The notes under the pieces were generated by a model. That model had not been told where the DNA came from. It saw only the letters and a program-made list of their open reading frames with translations, and ran no database searches. A program made the translations under genes and the position numbers. A stretch of DNA of 63,900 bases, the filler included, from Octopus bimaculoides (taxonomy: Eukaryota), in NCBI RefSeq assembly GCF_001194135.2. It is 5 parts of 5 records of this genome, joined end to end, with 100 filler letters (N's around TTAATTAATTAA, not from the genome) between each part and the next. Parts side by side here need not be neighbours in the genome. Positions count along the whole stretch, not along the records: positions 31,966 to 58,892 come from NC_068989.1; positions 58,993 to 62,754 come from NW_026319219.1; positions 62,855 to 63,900 come from NC_068987.1; 2 more parts are not named here. The stretch is one strand, 5' to 3'. Below are positions 52,248 through 63,900 of this stretch, piece by piece (the stretch's first letter is position 1; each line of letters starts with the position of its first letter).

Positions 52248-53672
52248 CAGTNNNNNNNNNNNNNNNNNNNNNNNNNNNNNNNNNNNNNNNNNNNNNNNNN
52301 NNNNNNNNNNNNNNNNNNNNNNNNNNNNNNNNNNNNNNNNNNCAAACAATCTCTTCTTGTAGTTCTTAATCGATGACTCGCATGTTTCTTTAGGAATTTT
52401 TTCCCATTCTTCTTGACAAATTTTCTTCAAATCTGGAATGCACATTGGGGCTCTTGAATAAGTTTTAATTTTCAAATAACGCCACAAATTTTCAATGGGG
52501 TTCAAGTCAGGTGACTGCCTTGGCCATTCTAATAATTTTATATTGTGATTGACAATCCATTTTTGGTAGACTTCGCCATGTGCTTAGGGTCATTATCCTG
52601 TTGTAAAACCCACCCTTCACAAAACTGGAGCTTTTCTACAGAGTCCCCTAAATTATTGTGCAAAATATTTTGGTACATCTCTGCATTCATTCTACCATCT
52701 ATCACATGTAAATTGCCAGTGCTATTTGCAGAGAAACACCCCAATACAATGATGTTGCCACCTCCAAACTTTACAGTAGGAATTGTGTTTTTCGGCGAAT
52801 AGGTGGTACCATCTTTCCTCCAAACATGGCTACGGGAATTTCGTCCAAACAATTTTTGACTCGTCTGTCCAAAGAACATCTTCCCAGAATGTATCAGATT
52901 TATCTTTATGTTCATAAACAAATTTTAAATGGGCATCACTATGCCTTTTAGTCAACAGAGAAGTTTTTCTAGGTGAGCATGACTTCAGTTCATTCCTATG
53001 AAGTTCATTGCTGATTGTTCATAGTGAAACACTGGTCCCTGAAGCTAACAAATCTTCTTGCAACTCCTTTCTGGTGATCATTGTGTTTTTTTTTGATACT
53101 TCACTTCATTTCTCTTAAAGATCTAGGGGAAATCTTGCGTGGTGCACCAGATCTTATTCTGTTTTCAACAGTTCTCGATTTTTTATATCTTTGAATAAAT
53201 GAAGATATGGTAGAAAATGGAATACAAAGGGTCTCTGATATTTTCCTGTAACTTTTACCTGCTTTCTACTGTTCAATAATTAATATTTTCACTGAATTTG
53301 TGAGTTCTTTACTTTTCACCATTATTACAACGCTACTTTATGTTGTCTCAGTGCTGAATGAAGAAGCTAGCGTTTTGACACTAAAAATAACCACTGATAA
53401 GATTATTGGAACAAATGACAAAGTTCTAGTAAAAAAAAATTATTTTAACAGTATTTTGTGGCATAGAAACTCATAAATTTATTCTGTACGAATACTTTTT
53501 TCACCCCTAAATATTTATAATTGTTAGTTACTATAATTTATTAGTTTCTTTTGCATATTCTTAGTTTATGCATGTGTATGCAAATATAGTATTGGTATAT
53601 TCCATTTATGTTCATTAGAAATTAAATAAATAAAGAATTTTGACATGTACGAATATTTATTTCTCCCCACTG
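52248..53672 (-). mobile_element. Tc1 (DD34E) transposon inserted in the Tx1 3'UTR
   Basis: TA|CAGT...CACTG|TA ends; [22 protein letters not shown] motifs; inner repeat at about 53484-53512 suggests IR/DR termini. Confidence 0.92.
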
Positions 53673-53828
53673 TATAACAGTTATATTTAATTTAATATAC
53701 TTTTTCGAAAAACAAAACGACTCTTAGAAACCCACTAAGCAAATCTCTTAAATGTTTGTAGTGTCCTGTGCCGTCCTTTCTATGTTTGGTTATATTATCA
53801 TAATAAAGAGAATAGCTGGTGATTATCA

Positions 53829-54085
53829 AAAACTGATGATGGGTTACTACCCAGAAACCCGCATCTGTGTGTATCATGTAAGGCTAGAGATGGGAATGAT
53901 GATTTCCCTTTGCAAATACTTATCAGACACAGACAGTGTGTCGTTAGCCAGCTGGAAGAGATGTGTTCCTGGGGCTATAAACAACAGTAGCATCGTCCCC
54001 TATGGGTCCACCACATTTAAGTGGCAAATATACTTCACGATTCCATGCTGCTACTGTTTACTTCTCACTCAGAGATTTATTATTG
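53829..54085 (+). mobile_element. PLE-like pseudo-LTR, right part, with hammerhead motif
   Basis: CTGATGA-TGGG ttacta CCCA-GAAA-C ccgc ATC at 53833-53865, then a direct repeat of 46436-46615. Confidence 0.75.
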
Positions 54086-54348
54086 TTTGTGTGTATACAC
54101 ACACACACACACATGCGCGCATATGTACATGCATACATACATACAAACATACATGCATATATACACATACACACATACATACATGCCCGTGCCCACATAA
54201 TGGACATGCACACACAGAAATATATATATATCCATATAGATGAATGTACACATGTATTTATCGCTACAGTCATAAATAGCTTAAATAGAGTACCCCAATA
54301 CATTAATAAACATCATACACTGAACACCTATATATGTCTAAGTGTATA

Positions 54349-55982
54349 TCTTAATATATAATGCTGAAGTTGTGTGTCTGTGTGAAGCCTTTTTAAAAGT
54401 TTATAGAAATCCACATTTTCCAATTTTTCGTAAAAATTTTTACATCAATGGAATTTTCTCGATGTGAACTTTCCAGTGCAGTAATTAGTTTTTAAAATTC
54501 CATTTACTTTCTGTGATTTAAGGGAAATTTGGCTGTTGTTTCTAGCAACTTTTATATTTCTTCCCTTCTGCCTGGAACGGCATTCTTACACACGCGCTCA
54601 ACATATAATATAGAGAGTAAGAGTAAAAGAGGTAGAGAGAGAGAGAAAGTGATACATACAAAGTCATAGATTAAACTTTCCTCTCAGTATTCTTTACCTA
54701 TTTTTCATAACATAGATACGTAAAAACACACACAACCACACATACGTGATCTGTAACAACAACATACACATAAACACATCAACATTATAGATATAAGATT
54801 TAGTTTCTGTGTTTCTTATATAAACACGTGCACGCATTACTATTTTATAACTGTCTTCCATTTTCTCTTTCTCTCTCTTCATTGCTACCATCTCTATTCC
54901 TTTCTCCCCCTCTCTCTCCCTCTTCTCTCTCACAAAACATTCACTACAATATAATTCATGTTCGTCAATGTTTGGTAAATATACCACGATTTTCACTAGG
55001 GTGTTAGTGTTAGGGTTTATGTATCACTTTCTCTCTCTATCTCTCTCTCTCTCTCCCTCTTTTACTCTCTATATTATATGTTCACATCAAAAAAATTCCA
55101 TTGATGTAAAAATTTTTAAATTCTGTTTACTTTGTGTGATTTAAGGGAGAATTGGCTGTTGTTTCTAACAACTTTCATATTTCTTCCGTTCTACCTGTAC
55201 ATACAATCATTGACTACAATATAACTCATGTTCGTCAATGTTTGGTAAATATACCACGATTTTCACTAGGGTGTTAGGATTAGGGTTTTAGGGTTATGGT
55301 TAGGGTTTAGGGTTACGATTAGGGTTAGTGTTACGGTTACGGTTTTAAGGTTAGGGTTTAGGGTTTTAGGGTTAGGGTTACGTAATCGTGCAGGTGTTAA
55401 TCTGAAAAATTACAGAAATGTGAAAATTACCGACCCTGCCATCTATTATAATTTTTGTTGTTCTGTTTAATATATACATAGATTATGCCTTCAAAGAAGA
55501 GAGTTTGCTGGGGAAAGAAAGCAACCGGTTTAAAATGACAGCAACAGACTGCAGCAATTCACCACATTCCAGAAGCTACTTTGAACATAATGCAAAATGG
55601 TGCATCAACATCTTCTGCCTAATCTGATAGAATTCTGGCAAAACTGTGTAGCAACAGATCGCCAGCAATTGCTTCATCAGAAATTGCCGTCCTACCTCCT
55701 GCGAAAAGGGATTACCCTGCTATGTATAATCAGGGCAGCGCAAGAAGTTGTTTTCCACAAGCATTTCTATAGCCAATTAGACGGATGAAATTTATGTACG
55801 CTTAATAAAACAGCCTTCAGACTTTCCCTATTAATTTCATCATCTTTTGAATTATGAACATATTTACATCATAAGGGTTTTTTCGTTGTAAGGCTTTCTT
55901 TTTTAGTTGATTTTCACCTAGCAAGACTTATTGTAGATGGCGTAATAAGTCACACCCAGACAAGGTCGGGTTATACTGCTAG
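54349..55982 (+). mobile_element. Non-autonomous Helitron with internal telomere-like array
   Basis: 5' A|TCTTAATATATAATGCTGAAG; 3' GC hairpin cccagacaaggtcggg then CTAG; TTAGGG-like array at about 55270-55381; internal direct and inverted duplications. Confidence 0.85.
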
Positions 55983-55999
55983 CATATATATATATTTAT

Positions 56000-56410
56000 A
56001 TATATAAATTTAAAGAATGTAGTAAACGCATATTATAACTGCATACTTTTATTCCGACATATGTTTCGAAGAATTACAATTTATGCGATCCACAGGAATC
56101 GGCGATGTTAAAAATGTAAACTTCTCCTCAGGGAAATGTATGGTAACCAGCTTAAACGTAAGACATTATAACCGAATATGAGAACTATAGTTGGAGAAGG
56201 TTATAACGTAATTCATTTGAAAAAACCGTTGGAGATTAGGACGCTACCAGATAGTACGTTGGACAAGAAGGGAAGAAAAGAAAAGAAAAAAAGAAAAAAA
56301 GAGAAAGAAAATTCAGAGTGTAGATTTGGGAGACGATAGGATGATATAAATCCGATAAAAATTGGAGAGGAATGTTACGTAATAAAAAGGCATTATAAAT
56401 GGGGTTAATC
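56000..56410 (-). mobile_element. PLE-like pseudo-LTR hosting the hammerhead
   Basis: HHR followed by AATAAA, same layout as 33098-33185; boundaries approximate, no ORF seen. Confidence 0.55.
56052..56135 (-). ncRNA. Minimal type I hammerhead ribozyme, intact core
   Basis: UUCC-CUGAGGA-GAAG[...]CUUC-GAAA-C AUAU G-UC^GGAA: stems I, II and III all pair, all conserved core nucleotides present, palindromic loop III. Confidence 0.8.
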
Positions 56411-56681
56411 TTGTATTTCTACAAAATATTGAGATAAATGTATATAATCATTTATACTTATGTGTATGCGCATATATACACAAATAAACACACATATACT
56501 CGAATATATACATATATGCATATCTATATACACACCTACATACAAACCCACACACACACACATACATACACACACACATATATATATAAAATATATACAC
56601 ATATATATACATATATACACACATTCATACCCATATATACATACATATACACACACATATACATATACATATATATACATA

Positions 56682-57745
56682 TGTAAGAACGACCGTGCAA
56701 ACCCAAAAGGAGAAATGGTGACGAATGGAAAACAGGGCTCCTTCTTTAAACGAATCACACGGTCGAACACAAAAATAAATAAAAATGATAAATATGTTAT
56801 AATTCTATAACATAGAGAATTCGTAAATGCCAGTAAGGAAGACGATAGGAACACAACCGTATGAGATGAATAACAGTAAGATTTATTGTAGCATTAAACT
56901 GTATGTCTGTGTGTGAGTGTGAATGCGACATAATGAAACACAATAAAAGACAGGCCGTCATGTAAAGAAAAGAGTGTGTGCGAGTAATACATGTATGTGA
57001 ATGCGTGAGATACAGTTAGATTAGAGTCAGTAACACGTATAATAATTTAATAGTTCTTAATTAGAGTACACAGTGGTAAGTGTGTGTATATAAGAAGTTA
57101 AGGCGTGTGGGGCAGAGCGATCACTAGTTGTGATGTTAGGGCTTCTATGCCGGGCCGAATTCTTGAATACAGATGTTCTTCGCAGGCTGGGTTCTTGGCT
57201 GTTATTTTTCGTGGTGAAGAAATCACACAAACAAGATCGAAGAGAAGTACTGCGGTTAGCTGTTGGTAGCTTGTGTACGTGTAGAGTCATGTTGACGCTG
57301 GTGGCGATGCTGGTAGTCGTAGTGTGGTGTTGCTGCTGGCGACGTCGGGGGCGATGCTTGTAGTTCGTAGTTGTACGATGGTGTTGATGTCGTCGCTGGA
57401 AATTGGCTGGTTGGTTGGTGCTGTGTTATGCGTGTGTGGTCAGCGGCCAGATCTCAAAGGAGATCTGAGGCGCGACGATTTGGCGGGTATAATTTAGTCT
57501 ATTTATAGCTGAAGGTAGGCTCCAGAGAAGCATTAGAAAAACACTATCCCGTGACCTTATTAGGGGCTGTGGTTGGTCAGTTTGCGTCCTAGGGCGAACG
57601 GGTGGAGATAATTTACCCGCGCAAACAATAGTCAGTCATGTGATGGATACAACAGGCTACTCTCTGCTACGCCCGCGCTTGTTTATATTTATAACAGCGG
57701 GGAAGATTGTTTGTATATAATGGCGATAGAGGTAGTTTCACTACA
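56682..57745 (-). mobile_element. Solo LTR, 1064 bp
   Basis: TGTA...TACA termini, 4-bp TSD CATA (56678-81 / 57746-49), minus-strand TATAAATA at 57500-07 and AATAAA at 56882-87, CpG-rich interior. Confidence 0.75.
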
Positions 57746-58708
57746 CATATATAAATATATATATATATACATATATATACATACACATACATACGTACAT
57801 ATACATACATAAGCACATACATATACACACATGCATACATAAACGCGCAAACACACACACACATATATATATATGTATATATATATACACACACACACAT
57901 ACATATCCACACATATATATATATTTATATAAAAATACATAAACATATCCGTGCACATAAACATTTCTAATTTATTCACCAATTTGTATAGCAATAATAA
58001 GAGTTATTTATGCTCTTGGCTTTCTTAGTGAGAGTTTCCTAAATCTACGATCCTAATTCATCATTTCAACGTTCCTAGAAACATCTTTAGTTTTAAAACA
58101 ATCATGTTTTAAGTATTTATTCTCGTAACAAGATATATCCCAAACATTTAAATATCTCATTATATGGCGCATAATTTACTGATCAACATAATATATTTTT
58201 ATTTTCAAATCTCGATAAAGCTTTTACAATAATAGATATGTTACGGAATTACTGTAGTAAACCTTATTTATAATATTAACTTTGTCTTCTTAAGCAATAT
58301 TTAATCTTTTAACCCCTATTTCAGCCCAACTTTTCTTACATATATTAATAAAATAATCAATTCATGTAGATCAATAGACCACCCATTAACTTTATTATTC
58401 ATTTATTTATTAATTAATTTTCAATCATTTAATATCTCATTCACTAATATATGAATTACCTTCCGATAAATATCTCTCCACTTTATTACTAATTACCACA
58501 CATCGACAGTATTTATATACGTACTAAGGAGTGTATAATATTGCGTATGAGTCTCTATGTAAATACATGTAACTACACATACATAAAAAATATATATGTG
58601 TGTGTGCGAATGTATGTGTATGAGTGTTCGTATATACACGTGTATCTGTGTGCGTGTGTGTCTACATTCATGTTTTTGTATGAAACTATGTGTTTGTATA
58701 GATTTTTG

Positions 58709-58747
<39 letters not shown>

Positions 58748-59809
58748 ATGTGTGGTGAGCTGGAGGAAGAAGACAACAAGAAGCAAAAGGACAGAATGAA
58801 ACGTTGGACCTTACCTTGTCGACCGCAGCGGAGTACACGATCGCTCCTGATCAGAACACGTCTTTCTCGTAACATCGCTGTTTTCTGACTGGNNNNNNNN
58901 NNNNNNNNNNNNNNNNNNNNNNNNNNNNNNNNNNNNTTAATTAATTAANNNNNNNNNNNNNNNNNNNNNNNNNNNNNNNNNNNNNNNNNNNNACACACAG
59001 TCATATCTCGGCATATATCTATGTAACATTAACAAATACATATACACGTGTATGAATACACACACACACGCACACACATATATATACACATATATACACA
59101 CACATATACAGTCACTTTTGAAACGGACAAAAGACTTGCTTACACAATGAGTACACATATGAGAGTACTTTATTTCAAAAATCTAATCATAGTCGCTGTC
59201 CAATCCTCGCTTTTGCCAACAATACATATACACTGACATATATAGATGCATATACACACATATGCATATGTACACATATACACACGCATACATGTATTCA
59301 CAAATACATACATACATTCACTTACATATGCACATATGACATATGAATATATATATATATATATATAAAAATATATAAATCCTAGTACTCGAGACATTAG
59401 CGCCGAAGTAACTTTGTTTTTACTTTGGAAAATATTGTTAGATTCTTTCATTTCTGTAATCATTTAAAACTTGAAGCGTTTGGACCAGATCACCCTCCCT
59501 GTCAAAAAGGTATCACTTTCGTATTTGGAAAAACGAAATCTGAATATTAGGGAAGGATACATTAAAATGATAGTCAACTATTGGAAAAACTGAAAATCGT
59601 ACCCAATGAAGGAAGAAAGGAAATAACAAAAAATAGTTTGCGTCAGTGTTTGACTGCTATGACCGCTTGACAATCGAACTCTCGACCAACTCGCTTGTAT
59701 TTCAATCCACACAACGATCTTTGTACTAAATATTAATTTTTAAAAAAGTCGTTCATGAAAAACATTAGAGAAGGAATCCTGCGCAAGACTCATGCGAGTT
59801 TGAGTGGTT

Positions 59810-60740
59810 AAACGATATAAACACACGAGGGTGTGTTTAAGCTATGTTATACAAGTTCAACACACGGGATGGGGTGTTCAAATTCTGTTGCGCAGTTTAA
59901 ACACATGAGTGTGTTTAAATGGTATGCGCAGTATAAACACACGAGTGTGTGTTTAAATTACGCTAGTTTAAACACAGGGGATGGTGTATATGAACGATGT
60001 AATACATTTTCAACTTACGGGTGTGTGCTTAAATTCTCTTACACAATTTAAGCATACGAGGGTATTTAAATCATGTTATACAAATTAAGAATACCAGGGT
60101 GTTTAAATTTTAAAATTACGTGGGTGCTTAAATCATGTTATACCGTTTAAATATATGAGAGTGTTTAAATCATGCTATACACTTTAAAAATACCAGGGTG
60201 TTTAAATCATGTTATACGCTTCAAAACTACCAGGGTATTTAAATCATGTTATACGGTTTAAACATATCAGGGTGCTTAGATCATGTTTATACGCTTTAAA
60301 AATACCAGGATGTTCAAATTATGTTATGCGTTTTAAACATACGAGTATATTTAAATCATGTTATACAGTTTAAACATACCAGTGAGTGTTTATATTATGT
60401 TATGGAATTTAAGCACATTAAAGTATGTTATACAATTTCAAAGAATGAATGTGTGTTTAAATGATGTTACAAAGTTTAAACACAATTATGTTATATTATT
60501 TAAAGACACGACGGTGTTTTAAATAAACAGGAAATTATATTTAAGCTACACACTCGGAACAGAGGAGGATATCTTTAAGCTGAATATACGACAAGCTTTC
60601 CGAAGTTTTCCAATTAAACTATTTAAATATTTGCGAGGCTGCTTAAATCGTTATACAGTTTCAACATACGAGTGTGCATTTCAGTGATGTACACAATTTA
60701 CACTCTCAAGGAAGGTTTAAAGTAGATTATACAATTTCAA
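59810..60740. repeat. Diverged minisatellite, unit about 37 bp
   Basis: gggtgtttaaatcatgttatacggtttaaacatacca-like unit, most conserved at 60050-60420. Confidence 0.9.
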
Positions 60741-60829
60741 CTTTTTTAAGTCATGACTGAGTCTCAATTAAACAGGAAGGTACGTTTAAACTATTTACAC
60801 ATTCTGAAAGCAGGAGGGTGTTCTTTTGA

Positions 60830-60977
60830 CTTCCTTTTACTTGTTTCAGTCAGTAGACTGCAACCATGCTGGGGCACCGCCCTGAAGAATTTCTAATGAC
60901 TCGACCCCAGAATTTTTTCTTTTTTAAGCTGAACCGCGCTAAGTGAGACATAAACACAGACACAAAGATACAAACAG

Positions 60978-61047
<70 letters not shown>

Positions 61048-61455
61048 ATATATATATATATATANNNNNNNNNNNNNNNNNNNNNNNNNNNNNNNNNNNN
61101 NNNNNNNNNNNNNNNNNNNNNNNNNNNNNNNNNNNNNNNNNNNNNNNNNNNNNNNNNNNNNNNNNNNNNNNNNNNNNNNNNNNNNNNNNNNNNNNNNNNN
61201 NNNNNNNNNNNNNNNNNNNNNNNNNNNNNNNNNNNNNNNNNNNNNNNNNNNNNNNNNNNNNNNNNNNNNNNNNNNNNNNNNNNNNNNNNNNNNNNNNNNN
61301 NNNNNNNNNNNNNNNNNNNNNNNNNNNNNNNNNNNNNNNNNNNNNNNNNNNNNNNNNNNNNNNNNNNNNNNNNNNNNNNNNNNNNNNNNNNNNNNNNNNN
61401 NNNNNNNNNNNNNNNNNNNNNNNNNNNNNNNNNNNNNNNNNNNNNNNNNNNNNNN

Positions 61456-61500
<45 letters not shown>

Positions 61501-61680
61501 CGTGTGTATGTGTGTGTGTATACGACGGGCTTCTTTTAGTTTCTACCTACCAAATCCAATTATAAGGCTTGGTCGGCCCTAGGCTATAATAGAAAACACT
61601 CACCAAAAGTCCTACATGCTGGCACTGAGCTCAGAATCAGGAGGTTGAGAAGCTAGCTTCTTACCACGAAGCCACGCCTG
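60830..61680 (-). mobile_element. SINE family A (tail 60830-60960, head 61520-61680) spanning microsatellite and gap
   Basis: Homology to 1501-1950. Confidence 0.7.
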
Positions 61681-62280
61681 AATATACCATGGTGTGTTTA
61701 AAGTATGTATAAAATATGGCTTCCTAAGTTTTCCAACTCTACTACTCTCTCATCAACCGTTACGTGGCGTCCATGTTGGTTACTTCTTTACTCTTTAGTT
61801 CACGTTTCAAATATACTCTCGAAAACATTATACAACATGAAATAATAATAAATACTATTGTTATAACGATTAAAACGTCACTCATCTGCTAAGGAGGACC
61901 GAAAAATTTCACATAAAATACATATTCATCAGATTCCTTCGTTTATTTGTTGTATCTTTCATAAAATTAGCCAAGATATTTTTTTCTTTAGAAATTTTCG
62001 TTAAAAAAAATTGTAATTTTTCAAATTTGTGATTATGAAACAAAATATAAAAAATCAAAATCAAATATATTCAAAATTAATATAAAAGATAATGAATGAG
62101 GAATTTGTTTGCAGATTTAAACACCAGTTAGTCAAGAATATGTTTGTGGCTGCCCGTATATGTATGTATATATATATGTATATATACACACATATATGTG
62201 TATATATATTCATATATATATGTATATAAATACATACATACGCACATATATACATATATGTATGTATATATATATATATA

Positions 62281-62332
<52 letters not shown>

Positions 62333-62854
62333 CATATATAAATATGTGTGTATATATATATATTATAAATTTTTAAAAATGCAAATTTAATGGTGTAACA
62401 AATTGATAGCCGTCAGATGGTTGTTGTTAAATAATTGCAATCTAGTTGGGGTGGGGGGAAGGATGCTGCAGTAGTGATGGTGGGGGTGGCGGTCGGGTGT
62501 CAGTGTGCATTGCGACGAGGTTGTTAAAGAGTTTGGTCAGGAATCTTTTGTTTCTAGTTCGAATTCCTCCATTTTCGATTTCAGTTTTCGAAATTTCCCG
62601 AGTTGATAAGTACCAGTCATATACAAGTATCGATTCCTGTAGACTTGGGAATGGTATGTAACTCTGACACAGAAGTATGTCGAAATATAAGTGCTTTACA
62701 CATGCCTATATATGAATATATATATATATATTATGTATATATATATATATTATGNNNNNNNNNNNNNNNNNNNNNNNNNNNNNNNNNNNNNNNNNNNNTT
62801 AATTAATTAANNNNNNNNNNNNNNNNNNNNNNNNNNNNNNNNNNNNNNNNNNNN

Positions 62855-63000
62855 GTCGACCTCGTTCAAATTCCGCCGAAGCTAACTTTGCCTTTCATCT
62901 TTACGGGGGTCGATGAAATAAATACTAGTTGAACACTGGGGGTCAATGTAATCGTCTCACCCCCTCCAAATCGCTGCCCTTGTGGCAAAATTTGAAACCA
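62855..63000 (+). mobile_element. SINE family B (5' truncated by a gap)
   Basis: Homology to 24580-24745. Confidence 0.8.
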
Positions 63001-63664
63001 TTATTATTATTATTGAGTGAGAGAGCAGTGCATGCCATCAAAGTGACACTGGGGTAAAATATACGAAGCCCAATATACCCGTCATGGCTACCCGTCTGAT
63101 AAGGGTACACCAGGCACATACATCACAACCATATGTGCGCGACATGGCAACCTCATATCAAGATAAACAGCGCATAATCTTGCAGATGGGGCCCAGTTAG
63201 AATTTTCTTCAGGTCGAGTGGCCCAACCTGCTCAAAAGGTCCCTGAATAAGGGTTGTTTAAGGATGTTGAACGAAACACCCATGTTTCCATAAGTCAATT
63301 ATTCCAAACCCCAAAGAATTCCTCTCAACACATAGCTATGATGCTCCCATATTTTCAGTGGTGAATTATTCAAACCCCACAAAGTCTTCCTCAACACGTG
63401 GTTATGATACTCCACAACTATTCTTGCTCATGATCAGAGATGCACATAAGGGACATGCTCAACTGGTTAAGGTCAAGTAACTGACAAGCAAATCTATGGT
63501 ACTGAGCAGAATATTTGCTGAAGCCCATCTTTTATACCAAGAAAAACATGTACATGATAACACTTCCAATCAGTTAAGATCAAAAGCCATGAGAGCCACT
63601 GCCTGCTACTGTATCAGGGCACTTATTATTATTGTTATTATTATTATCATTATTATTATTATTA

Positions 63665-63900
63665 TTGTTCAGTAGTTTTATTTTTATAACGTGCTTTCAC
63701 TTCACTACCGAGCGCAGCTCTGTGCGCCTTGGGTATATGCTGTGGTTTGCTGTGGTGCTTTTATGTTTACTGTATTGAAAGTGTTTTGCGTAGGATGTGT
63801 GCAGTACCCAGTAGTGCAATTTTCTGTATGTTACATATATTTGTAAGTCCTGGTATTTTTGTTATGTATTTGTCTGAGTATTTTTTTATTATACCTAAGG
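63665..63900 (-). pseudogene. R4/NeSL-like RLE retrotransposon 3' end
   Basis: LGIIKKYSDKYITKIPGLTNICNIQKIALLGTAHILRKTLSIQ*; matches the RLE-element terminal motif (QK.ALLGTAHILRK.L). Confidence 0.8.

Larger units (their letters stand above)
46717..53812 (+). mobile_element. Full-length Tx1/L1-clade non-LTR retrotransposon (decayed), with two nested insertions
   Basis: 16-bp TSD TAGCTGGTGATTATCA at 46701-46716 and 53813-53828; gag-like ORF1, APE-RT-zinc ORF2, AATAAA near the 3' end. Confidence 0.95.

Noticed and set aside
61885-61940. Minus-strand CTGATGA-ATAT/ATGT-GAAA...GTC hammerhead-like string
   Set aside because: Stem III is absent and stem I is offset; plausible by chance in AT-rich DNA
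63010-63630. Probable interspersed repeat between (TAT)n tracts
   Set aside because: No second copy, termini or ORF motif within the window to classify it

Overview
AT-rich, gap-ridden eukaryotic scaffold made almost entirely of microsatellites and transposable elements. The SINE families and repeat style suggest a coleoid cephalopod, probably Octopus (inference). No intact long ORF is present. The only host-gene signal is three phase-compatible minus-strand candidate exons at 27.9, 25.8 and 23.5 kb. Mobile content includes: a full-length decayed Tx1/L1-clade retrotransposon (46717-53812, 16-bp TSD) carrying a nested 8-bp-TSD MITE and a nested Tc1; two RTE LINEs; Penelope-like (PLE) remnants; Chapaev3, maT (DD37D), mariner and Helitron DNA elements; a solo LTR; CR1 and R4-like fragments; and many tRNA-derived SINEs. 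The most notable signal is a set of hammerhead-ribozyme (HHR) motifs in unrelated PLE-like repeats. One, at 56052-56135 (-), has a fully intact catalytic core. Another, at 53833, lies 4 nt from the Tx1 target-site duplication, and an inverted copy of the same repeat begins at its predicted cleavage site. All calls are by eye; boundaries not tied to a TSD or TIR are approximate.
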